Source: Isurus oxyrinchus
Lineage: Eukaryota
Length of the DNA stretch: 64,000 nucleotides
Assembly (NCBI GenBank): GCA_026770705.1
Contig: JANJGN010000021.1
Span: forward strand, 99,634,001-99,698,000
Direction of reading: 5' to 3'
Both the position numbers and the translations under genes were made by a program. This document shows, in pieces, positions 24,441 through 35,290 of the stretch; position 1 is the stretch's first letter; every line of letters starts with the position of its first letter. The notes under the pieces were generated by a model, which ran no database searches, was not told the DNA's origin, and was given only the letters and a program-made list of their open reading frames with translations.

Positions 24441-25338
24441 TTTTACATTAAAGCACACCTCGGGTTTAGGAATGTCTGTCGCGGTGGCCACCGTTTCAGT
24501 GGGGTCTGTAACCTCCACTGCCGACACCTTTATCTTAGTTTTCCCTATGTGGTTATCTACCCCAGTGGCCCATCTTTCTAGCTCATCATATGTGTTCTTG
24601 TGTACTAGCACGGTGTCTAGGTTTGCCTGGTTGGCCAGGCTAAGGCCATCCTTGTACAATTGCATAAACTGTACATCATCTCGGTTCGGCACAGCATCTA
24701 CACCCCTGTAGTTACAATATGCCTCAAACTTCCGATTGCCATATTCATGGGCACTCTCACCCTTTTCTTGTTTTACTCCAGTCACTATATTCCAGTTAGC
24801 TGGGGCTTGCCCTAAGACTTGTGCTATTTCTGTTCTAAAGGCTCTGAAATCGGCTTGCTGCTGTGCCTGGTCTGCCTGGTTGTCCGGGCACCAGGGGCAC
24901 ATACTCTATCTTAATTGGGGCCACGGGATATGGGGGTGGTGATTCCCAACCTGCTTCCTACTGTTCCTCATATCCTACTGCCTGTTCCACCAGCCCATTT
25001 CAATCTACATTATCTGCGTATTGTGCAGCTACTAGTGGCTGTGTTAAAGCTGCCGAAACTGACATGAGATTTTTTGCCTGTACCAGCTCTTCATTTTGGG
25101 ATTTGTTGGCCAACATTCTATTTACTTTCTTACTTAACTCCACGTGCTGTCTTAACATTAGGATCCAGGCTTTATCATCATTTTTTCTGATTATCCTACC
25201 ATTTTCTCTGATCAGCGGGTGAATCAAATGGGTTCCAATTGTTCTTTATCATTTTGCCTATTGATTCCTTATTTTGTCAGCTAAATGCCGTATCAGGGAT
25301 CCCTCTGGTCCCCACTCGAGTTTGTCACCACTGGCCAT
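24429..25338 (-). pseudogene. gag: gag (disrupted)
   Basis: ATG at 25338 (MASGDKLEWGPEGS), ORFs 25000-25227 and 24429-24902 with an MHR-like VKQEKGESAHEYGNR and a truncated zinc knuckle VCFN. Confidence 0.8.
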
Positions 25339-25633
25339 CTCTGGGTAAGATGGTCGGGGTATAGTTATCATCAACGGTTCGGTTCTTACCCTGGGTCCTT
25401 TCTGACTGAACTCGTTACTTGTGACTAACACCAGATGTAATTATAACAATCTATAAGACAAGCATTTCTACCCCACCCTTACCACCCCTTGAACTATTGC
25501 CTGGAGCCCAGGTTTCTGATATGTGGGGTGCCTGAAACTTCCTGGGTCGGGACAGAGTCGGATTTAGTATGAATAAAAATGTATTCACACTGTGACTCAT
25601 CCCAGTTCCCTGTCGGTGTCCTGTGTCCTTTGT

Positions 25634-25651
25634 ATCCTGCCGACTACACCA
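25634..25651 (-). promoter_or_regulatory. primer binding site, tRNA-Ser
   Basis: TGGTGTAGTCGGCAGGAT, 2 nt inside the 5' LTR. 17/18 complementary to the vertebrate tRNA-Ser(AGA) 3' end ATCCTGCCGACTACGCCA. Confidence 0.88.
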
Positions 25652-25653
25652 AT

Positions 25654-26158
25654 CGAAAGGTCCAAGGAATACTCTGGTACAAAATTTCAACACTCGGAGT
25701 CCAGATGCAATATTCAAGTGGTTCCTTTATTACGCATGTGGGGAGCAAACTGAGCAATCCAGATGCTTCTCCACTGAGGTTCAAATGAGCACAGTTTATA
25801 TATCTTTTACTATCAATTACACCTTAATGGTATTAGTTAGACAAAGGCCACAGAACAATGACCCCCCAGTGGGCTGATATTTGTGTTCCTGTACAGTAAT
25901 TGCAGTGCAGAGACCGGGCATTGTCCTTTTGAAGATGGCTATCAGATGGTGCGAAATGGCCTTCCCCATTTCCTGATTGAGTTATTCCCGTGTCCCCGTC
26001 CGTGTGTCTCCCATTTCCTAATTGCAGATTTACTGCTGAGCCCTTTGTACAAGTTTTTAGCTTTCATGTAAGGCTTTGATTGTCTGTGTATGCTTTGGTG
26101 CCATAGCTACTGGTCTTGGCTGGCACTTTAAAATAAATCCAAATTTTCTGCATCTTCA
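25654..26158 (-). repeat. 5' LTR
   Basis: 505 bp. Minus-strand TATA-like ATATATAAA (25795-25803) lies upstream of AATAAA (25726-25731). Confidence 0.95.
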
Positions 26159-26624
26159 CACTCTTCTTCTTTAAAAACGACGCCATCATGGCCCTCTCTT
26201 TTCAGAAGACAGCTGCAAAATATTCATTCGGAACCTCACCCACATCCTCTGTCTCCACATGTGGTTTATCCTTATGCTCTGTAGTAGGCCTTATTATGTT
26301 ATTTATGTATTCTTAAAATAGCTTTGGATATTCCTTAATTTTATTGTCAATATTTTTTTCCTTCCTTCTCTCTCCTTTCCTGATTTCCTTTTTAATTTCG
26401 CCCCTACACTTCCTGTACTCTTCTAGGCTTTCTGTGGCATTAAGCTCTCGGTATCTGACGGAAATCTGATGCATTTTGCTGGTGTCAGGTATCTGGTGGG
26501 TTTGATTGGTTTTACTGCTGGTTTCTGCGGGTGTGGCATGGGTCTGCTGGGATTTAGTGGCGATTGTGCTGGGTCTGCTTCATTTTCCTCACTCTGTAAT
26601 CATCTATTTCTTTCTCTTCCCCAG

Positions 26625-27200
26625 TTACCCCCCACTCCTTGTGCGGGCTGGACATCCAGGACTTCAGTTTCCGCGAACAGCGGGAGGCAGGGATGAGGGA
26701 AGCTGGGAGGCTGTGATTTCATCGAGATGACAGCGAGCGATTGACGACGGTTCTACAACTGCGACTTTGTATCACTGAAACTGTGGTGATTGTAGATTAT
26801 CAAATGTCTGAAATTTCTGTTTTGGAGCGAGATGTTTTAAGCTTTGATCTGCCCTGCTGACTCCACACAGACTCGGGGATTCAGACTTGCTGCTGATTCA
26901 CTCACTGCTGTCAGTGTGTAAGAGGGAGGTGTGCAGAGCGTGAGATTTGCTCCCCACGGGTTAGTGTGAAAGTGCTGATGCACTGACCCGCAGGGTGCGT
27001 GCGATTTAGAGGAACTGATCACTGAGGGGTCAAGGAGCTTGTGACTAACAGAATTTTCTGTGGTGTGGGGATGTGGGGGTTTGTGTTTTGCAAGATGGGA
27101 TCTGTTTCTTTCATTTTTAACTTTCTTGCAATTTCTGCAATGAATGTGGTTCATTCTTCACTTCCTGTCTCTGTCTACTCAGCCCTCAGTTCAAATCTAA
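26625..27200 (+). other. probable terminal (3'UTR) exon of MHC copy 1
   Basis: The acceptor TATTTCTTTCTCTTCCCCAG is identical to 58690-58709, and the downstream sequence is homologous to 58710 onward. The 3' end is uncertain. Confidence 0.6.
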
Positions 27201-27799
27201 TATCGCCGTGTTGACAATTTAAGGATGAAATTGCCGGGAATCCACATTAAGAGGAAGTAAGAGCAGTAACTAAGCACCCAGCATAGATTTCAGAAGAGAG
27301 ATTGGTGCTTGTCAAAAGCCCTAGCATTCTTTGAGGAGATGACAGACAGTGATGGGCAAATGTGGAGGATATGGTGCACACGGACTTCATGAAACCATTG
27401 ACAAGTACCACAGAGAAGATTAAATAAACACTTTGCATCTGTCTTCACAAAAGAAAGCTTTAAATGGACTGCGGTGTCCTTGTCCCATTCCAGCCCATCA
27501 TTCCAGACCAGGGCCTGGAATATGCAGGAAGTTGACAACAAGTAATCTCTGAGACCCTGTCTAGCTCCAGCTCCCCCCAGCAATAATTCCTGTCGTTGAT
27601 ATCCCACCACAGACCCAAGTGGAATATTTTCAGTCCTTCCATGTGGAAGTGAATCACTCTGCACGCTTGGATGAGGTGAGGCAATATAAATAAATAGTCC
27701 CATTTTAAAGTGGACGCAGGAATAGAGAGACCTATGCAAAAAAGTTTCTGAAGGTGGCAGGACAAGTTTAGAACAGCTATTAGAAAAGGTGTAATTCTA

Positions 27800-28165
27800 G
27801 TGTGAGCCGTGACTCAGTGGATAACACTTGTCCCTCTTGAGTCAGAAGGCCGTGGCTTCTAGTCCCATTCCAGAGACTTGAGCACAAAGATCTAAGCTGG
27901 TACTTCAGCGTAGTACTGAGGAACTGATGTATTTTGTGAGGTCAGTACAGAGGGAATGTTGCACTGCCAGAGGGGCAGTGCTGAGGGAGTGCTGCACCAC
28001 CATGGGGCAGTACTAAAGGTGTGCTGCATTGCCAGAGGTGTAGTGCTAAGGGAGTGCTGCACTTTTGGAGGAACAGGATTGAGGGAGTGCTGCACGTTTT
28101 GCGGGACAGTACTGAGAGAGCGCTACATTGTCAGAAGGACAGTGTTGAGGGAGTGCTGCATTGTT
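27800..28165 (+). mobile_element. tRNA-derived SINE-like head plus 33-bp repeat tail
   Basis: A-box-like GTGACTCAGTGG and B-box-like GGCTTCTAGTCC, followed by CAGTACTGAGGGAGTGCTGCA units. Confidence 0.5.
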
Positions 28166-28169
28166 GGAA

Positions 28170-30210
28170 GTCACATTCAGTTTGAGGATGAGAAACTTGG
28201 GTCTCAAGCTAGTGTCTTAAATATAAATAAAGACAATTACAAAGATGTGAAGATAGAGCTGACTGAATTAGGCTGGGAAAGTAGGTTAAAAGATAAGGTG
28301 GTCAATAAGCTGTGGTAGATATTTAAGGGGATATTTCATAACTGACTAGAAGGTTGAGAAACTATCAAAAACCAGCAAAAGATAACCAAAAAAGGGCAAT
28401 ACTAGAATATTAGAGAAAACTAGCGAGAAATATAAGAACAGTCAGTAAAAGCTTATATAAAAAGGTGAGGAGTATCTAAAGTGAGTGTTGGTTCCTTAGA
28501 AGATGGGAGTAGGGAATTAATAATGGGAAACAAGGAAATGGCAGAGACTTTGAACAATTTTTTTCTGTCTCTCTTTGTGGTAGAAGACACAAAAAAGCAT
28601 CTGAAGAATAGCAGAAAATCATGAGGCAAAAAGGAGGAAGGGATATAAAACACTCATGAACACTGGAGGAAAAAGTACTGGGAAAAATAGAAGTAATAAA
28701 GACCGACAAGTCTCCTGGTCCAGATGGCCTGCATCCTAGTGCCTTGAAAGAAGTGGCTGCAGAGGTAACGGATGCATTAGTCCTGATCTTCTAAAGTTCC
28801 TTAGATTCTGGAAAGGTCACAGTGGATTAAAAAACTGCAAATTGTACACTTCTATTCAAGTGATGAGGGAGACAGAGCACAGGAAACTTTAGGCCAGCTA
28901 GCCTAACACCTGCCATTGGGAAATGCTAGAATCCATTCTTAAGGAGCTAGCAGCAGGACATTTAGAAGATTGTAATATAATCGGACAAAGTCAGCATGGT
29001 TTTGTGAAAAGGAAATCATGTTTGACATATTTATTAGAGTTCTTTCAGGGTGTAACAAGCAGGGTGGATAAAGGGGAACCAGTAAATGTGTATTTGGATT
29101 TCCAAAAGGTATAAGGTGCCAACATCAAAGGTGACTCCACAGTACAAGAGCCCATGGCATCAGGAGTAGAATATTAGCATAGGATAGAGGATTAGCTAAT
29201 TAACAGGAAATAGAAAGTCGGGATAAATGGATGTAACTAGTGGTGTGCCACAGGAATCAGTGCTGGGGCCTCAATTATTTACAATCTATATTAATAACTT
29301 GCCTGAAGGAATCAAGTATATTGCCAAATTTGCTGGAGATTAGAAGGAAAGCTTGTTGTGAGACGGATTCAAATAGATTGCAAAGGGATAAAGATAGGTT
29401 AAGTGAGTGGCTAAAGTTTGGCAGATGGAGCATCTTGTGGGAAAACACGTGGCAGAAAGAATGGAAAAGCAGAATATTAATATGGAGAGCGACTGCAGAA
29501 TGCTGCTGTACGGAGGGATCTGGGTGTCCTTGTGCATGAGTCACAAAAGGTTAACTTGCAGGTGCAGCAAGAAATGAGGAAGACAAATGGAATGTTAGCC
29601 TTTATTGCAAGGGGGAAGGAGTATAAAGTAGTGAAGTCTTGCTACAACTGTGCAGGGCGTTGGTGAGACCGCACCTGGTGCCCCGTGTACAGTTTTGGTC
29701 ATTGTATTTAAGGGGGGATATATTTCAGTGAAGGTTCACTAGGCTGATGCTGGGATGAAAGAGTTGTCTTATGAAGAAAAGGTTGTGTAGGTTGGGCTTA
29801 TACTTATTGAAGTTGAAAAGAATGAGAGGCGATCTGATTGCAACATAGAAGATTCTGACAGGGCTGACAGGGCAAACACTGAGAGGGTGTTTCCCCTCAG
29901 GAGTGAGTGTAGGACTAGGGGGCACAGTTTAATAAGAGGTATTTCATTTAAGTCAGAGATGAGGATGAATTTCTTCCCAGTGTGTTGTTAATCTTTGGAA
30001 TTCTCTTCCCCAATGAGCAGTGGAGGCTGGGTCACTGATTACATTCGAGGCTGAGTGGGATAGATTTTTTTTATCTGCAGTGGAGTCAAGGGTTATGGGG
30101 GACAGGCAGGAAAGTAGAGCTAAGGCCAAAATAATATCAGCCATAATTTTATTCAATCACAGAACATGCTTGAGGGGCCAGTTAGGCTAGTCCTGATCCT
30201 ATTTCTTCTT
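28170..30210 (+). mobile_element. CR1-type LINE, long degenerate fragment
   Basis: KSPGPDGLHP, ORF 28923-29114 (SQHGFVKRKSCLTYLLEFF), LVRPHL and CR1 3'UTR. Confidence 0.85.
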
Positions 30211-31524
30211 AACTTTTATGAGAAAGAGAGAGGGGGGGTGGGTTGTAATGAGGAGCAAATGGGGTAATGTGGAGGGGGTAAGGTAGAGTTAAAAATGGGG
30301 CAGTGAGGCATTGGGGAGGGATAATGGTGTTGGGGGGGGAGGAATTGGATAGGAATGGGGGAGCGGGCAGAATGGGGTTAATGGGGAAGGGGAAAATGCA
30401 AGAAGGGGGATGGGATGGGTGTAATGGGGAGAGGGTATTGGGGAGGGAGGAAAGGGATAGGAAAAGGGGGAAGGAGTAAATGTAGAAGGGGTGATTGGGC
30501 CAAGCTCATGAGGCTGGGGTATTGTGTGGGTGATTGTGGGTGGGGTATTGGGTTTGTTTTTTTTCCTTCTTCAGTTCCATTTTCAGAGAAGATTCGACAC
30601 AGACTCACTGGGATATATGCTGCAAATGGTTGAGCATTGTTGGCAAAGCCAGCAATTATTGCTCACTCCCAGTTGTTTCTTGAGAAGGTGGTGGTGACTG
30701 GCTTCTTGGTGTGAATGTCATTGGTGAGGCCTGCCTTTCTTATCCAGCTGTCACAGATGCTTTAAAAGGTGCTTCCCCAAAATTGTCCATGAACAATATA
30801 TTTGTATGTCTATGTTTATTTTCTTACCCATGGAGTGGGAAGTTCAATTTAAAGTAGCCCAGCAGCAAAGCCTTTTTACTGAAAAAGAAAAGGTTAGTTT
30901 ATTTCGCTCAATTGCTCTGGAAGTTACTTCGGGAAAAATAAAATTACTAACATATATGCACACAAAAATTAGTTATAAATGAAGATAAAATGATACTTAT
31001 AAAAATTGGATTGGTTTAGTCCATGTTCGGCGCAGGCCTGATAGTTTTGAAGTCGAGATGTGTTGCCCAAAGTGACGGGTTTGAAGTTGTAGGATTGTCT
31101 CTGCAGCTGCGATGGCTTCCACTGTCGAATTGCCAAGGGTTGCTTTAACAGGTGAACAGGCAGAATCAGGGTTTACAGGGAGGAGAGAACGTTCCTTTCT
31201 TCTGATTCTGCAGGCACGGCACTTTCAAACTTCCTAGTTACTTCCAGCAGAAGTGGTGGCAGTTTCTAAATGCCCATCTCTGTCATTCACCTGGGTTGAA
31301 GCTTCTTCAAGGCGGTTCTCTGTGGTTCTGAACATTTCCTGCCCTTTTTAAATAAGGATAGATGGCCACCATTACCACGAAACCTGTACAAGAATGCCAA
31401 GTCATTTTCCATAGGAGGCAAGTGGTAATTCCATTACAGTTACCTGAAGTCTCCTTACCCACTGTAGTAACCTGAAGAGCCACAGTTGTTCACACCTTGA
31501 AGTGCCTTATCAGTTAGTGTCTTT

Positions 31525-33764
31525 GAGCAGAATTTTCTATTTTTTGAGAGTCATTGTGGTGGTGGACATGTTCAGCGGTACCCACCCCGCTGCTCGGAGT
31601 GACGGGAACTCGTGCCCGATTCCACGCTTGGAAGCTCATTAATTATGCACAGGCGAGCATCGGGCTGAATCACCTGGCACATTGGCAGTTGATTCGTCCA
31701 CCCGGCAATAGTTGGCGGCACCGAAGACCCTGGCATCATATTTAAGGGCCAGCTGAACACATACATCTCACTCTCTCTCCAGCCCACCTGTCTCCAGGAG
31801 ACCGTTACAGGCGTCTTCCACCCAGAAAAAGAAGGCTGCAAGCCTCAAGAAGAAGGCAGCATCCCGCTTCACCCACCAGGCCCTCCAGGCCTCGATCAGA
31901 GGAGTTCGGGCGCACCGGCATGTCCTCTATCCCAGGGATGGCTGCAGGAAGCACACCTGCCTCACCTCTCCGACCTGGCAGGCAATCATATTGGAGGTCA
32001 GCAGGGCTGGACTCCATGCCCGAAGCACCATCCAGTGCAGAAAGAGGATGAAAGATCTCATCCGCTCTGCCAGGGTAAGTCAATCTTCAACCCCCACCAA
32101 TATCAAACTCTCATCATGGCATCATTCACTCAAAGGGCTACCCTCTTCAGGGATCTTACACAACCATTAGCGGGGGGGGACACATTACCACTGATTGTCT
32201 CATGGAAACTTTCACATCATCATCATCCCATCTATCATGCTGTTCATACTCCATCCTCAGCTGTTTCTGGGAAGGGCTCACCACACACAAGGGGTACACA
32301 CCTATCCCAGCCTCTGCTCCATTCCTGCTCACCACATAGCTTTCTCTTAGCTTCACCTAGGGCAAGTTTGCCCACAACAGGAGCGGAAAGATCGCAGACC
32401 CAGGGAGGGACGGTCGGCATCATTGCCCTCACTGAATTCGAGGAGGATGTTGCTGAGCTGCTGGAGGAGGTCGGGGATCGCTCCTGTGGGGAAGGGGAGA
32501 TCGGATTGTCTCAGCAGCCTAGTATGGATCACACCTCCATCAGTTCATCCCATTCTGACAATCACAGTGAGTGACATGCAGATGTTTATCCCTCAACCCC
32601 ATTAACTGAAACTCTCTTCTACCTCTATTAGAGGCACCAGCAGATCGAGGCCCACCATAAGTCCCAGCCCCCAGACCACGTCTGAAAAGGAAGCTCATGA
32701 AGAACCATCACAGCGCTCACCCACACTCTCCACCAGTTCAGAGACACACACCTCGGCAGGACATAGTTTTAGATCAGTCTGGGCCTCACCTACTGGAGAA
32801 CACCTCAATGACACGTCCCCGCAGCCCAGGCCTCCAACATGGGGTCGGGGGGAGACGGAGGTGGGGTGGTGGGGGGGTGGGGGCAGGGGGGGATGCTGCT
32901 GGAAACCAGCCACCTGCTGAGTCTGAGTCAGTTGATGAGCCTCTGCGAGCAGCCACCAGCTCAATGCTGGAGATGCAACAACAGGCGGCAGAACATCGAG
33001 CAGAGATTTGACACTGAGTCAGCAGGTTAGAGCAAAGGATGGAGGAGTCCGTCACTTTCTGTCTGATGTCATTGGCTCCAACATGCAAGCACCTTGCCAT
33101 CACTGTGGGAAGGTTGGCAACCACCATGGACAACTTGGTCTAGCAGGTCTTGTTGGATTTGCACTCGGCCCTGGACTCCATGTCCAAACGCTCTTTTGGG
33201 CACCATCAGGATGTAGGCGACATGGGGACGGGGCATCTTGACTTCCCTCTAGGTGCACCATCTCCTCAAGGAGTCGGGACAGGCCCTTTGGCACCCACAG
33301 GGAGGATGAGCATCAGCTAGACAGACCAGGTGTCTCCTCTCAGGGCTCTCCAAGGGAGTCCAGCCACTCTCAGTCCCCTCTGCCTGTAACCCCATCCACT
33401 CCAGCTGCTCAGGCTGAGGAGGGTGTATCTACCCCTGAGTAAGGTGATCCTGATCAGGCCGGAGCCTTCCAGGTCTCGGGTCACCAGAGGACACCCGCCA
33501 AGGTCATCACAGATACCAGGATGTAGCAGTCAGGAAGCTGCCTCCACCTCTGCTGTGGATGTCGGGGCTGCACCCAGGTGTAGTGGTAGGGTTAGGAAAA
33601 TTAACAAATTGTAGCCTCTTAATTGTTGGCGGGTGCACTTTCGAATCTTGCCGAGTGCAATATGTCCGCGATAATGTCAAGATGCCCAGCCAACGTTATC
33701 ACGCGCTATTTCACGCTCAGGTGGTTCAGCCACACACCCACAAGTCGAGCGAAAAATCTTGCCC
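31525..33764 (+). mobile_element. non-autonomous PIF/Harbinger element carrying the Myb/SANT-like gene
   Basis: Imperfect TIRs GAGCAGAATTTTC and GAAAAATCTTGCCC. An exon at about 31840-32073 reads SRFTHQAL...VLYP...TWQAIILEVS...RSTIQCRKRMKDLIRSAR then GTAAGT. The next exon reads GKFAHNR..ERSQTQGG...LTEFEE. Confidence 0.7.
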
Positions 33765-33774
33765 TTGGATATAT

Positions 33775-34370
33775 CCAGGCTTGGGCTGACAAGTGACAAG
33801 TAACATTAGGGCCACACAAGTGACAGGCAATGACCATCTCCAACAAGAGAGAATCTAATTATCGCCCCTTGATGTTCAATGGCATTACCATCACTGAAAC
33901 CCCACTATTAACATCCAGGGGGTTACCACTGACCCGAAACTGACCTGGACTAGCCATAACTGAACTGGCTACAAGAGCTAGGAATTCTGTGGCAAGTAAC
34001 TCACTTTCTGACTCCCCAGAGCCTGTCGACCATCTACAAGGCACAAGTCAGGAGTGCAATGGAATACTCTCCACTTGCCTGAATGAGTGCAGCTTGACAT
34101 ATTTCCAGGACAAAGCAGCCCGCTTGATTGGCACCCCACCCACCACCTTCAGCATTCACTCCCTCCACCACCGACACACAGTAGTAGCAGTGTGTACCAT
34201 CTACAAGATGCACTGAGGAACTCACCAAGGCTCCTTACACAGCATTTTCCAAACCCACAACCACTAGAAGGATAAGGGTAGTAGATAGATGGGAACACCA
34301 CCACCTGGAAGTTCCCCTACAAGCCTCTCACCATTCTGACTTGGAAATATATCGCTGTTCATTCACTGAT
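33775..34370 (+). mobile_element. second-family CR1-like LINE 3' fragment
   Basis: QDKAARLIGTP...HSLHHRHTVVAVCTIYKMH, same family as 16335-19470. Confidence 0.75.
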
Positions 34371-34599
34371 GATAGCCTCCCTTTGTGATATGAACATTCA
34401 TATGGTGTCAACCTCACTAAAGATAGTTTCCACACCCTTGTGTGATGTTAGGGAGATGGCTTAAAATTTTTATTGGAAGTGTGTGATGTATGTGCTTCTA
34501 ACTCTTCCTTCTCATGGAACACCATTGCGTGAGGGCAGCTCACCAGTCTTGAGTTACTAACGGAAATCGTGTCTCCTCAGTGGCAGGTGCAGAAGGCAA

Positions 34600-35290
34600 T
34601 ACAGGACATGGACAGAAGGAGGAGATTCCCAGACATTTCCTCAGCTGAGTGGCCGCTGTGTTTTCATCATTATCTGGCGGCAAATGCTTCAAGCTATTTC
34701 TCACATCGCTCTTGTTCCCCAGTGGACTATCACTTCCCACAGTGAGTGCATTCAGAGGGCAGCACGGACCTTTGCAGAGTTCATGACCCGGTGATTCATG
34801 AGGCCAGAGTGTGCAAGTGTGAATGCAGGACTTGCTCTTGCTGCAAGTGGGTGGACATCCCCTGAGGGCTAGGAGAGATGTGGCTGTTTACCCTTGTCTT
34901 AAATTTACTCCTCCTGGAACCTATAAGGAATTAAAGTGTCGTGGGCACTTCTTCCAGTGAATCCTGCAGCCTGGCTACCTTCATCCAGAGCAAATCTTAG
35001 ATACTGATGTGCCTTCCTGTAAAGGACATCTGTGAACCCCTTTATGCATTGCTGTGTTGCGGACTGAGAGATGCTGCAGAGGTCCCCTGTGGATCCCTGG
35101 AAAGACCAGAGGCAAAGACATTAAGTTTTGTGGCCACTGGCAGGGGATATCCTCCAACTCTGTGGGGCATTATGTATTCACAAAGAACGTGGCAGATGTG
35201 ATCTGCCAGAGCTCGGGACAAGCGCAGATGTGCCCGGCATTGTCTCTCAATTATGTTTAAATAAAACATTCCTCTTCAGAATACCCTTGC
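34600..35290 (-). pseudogene. Harbinger (HARBI1-like) transposase remnant
   Basis: GGYPLPVATKLNVFASG and downstream SAHD- and DKG-like motifs; heavily deleted. Confidence 0.55.

Larger units (their letters stand above)
20585..26158 (-). mobile_element. endogenous retrovirus, LTR-gag-(deleted pol)-env-LTR, lokiretrovirus-like
   Basis: Paired LTRs of about 505 bp, TG...CA ends, 4-bp TSD CACT (20581-20584 and 26159-26162), tRNA-Ser PBS, PPT, gag, RT YVDD remnant, IN GPY C-terminus and env. The ERV call is direct; the Loki assignment is inference. Confidence 0.92.

Noticed and set aside
25634-25651. tRNA-Ser gene
   Set aside because: Only the 18-nt 3' end is present, adjacent to an LTR. It is a PBS.
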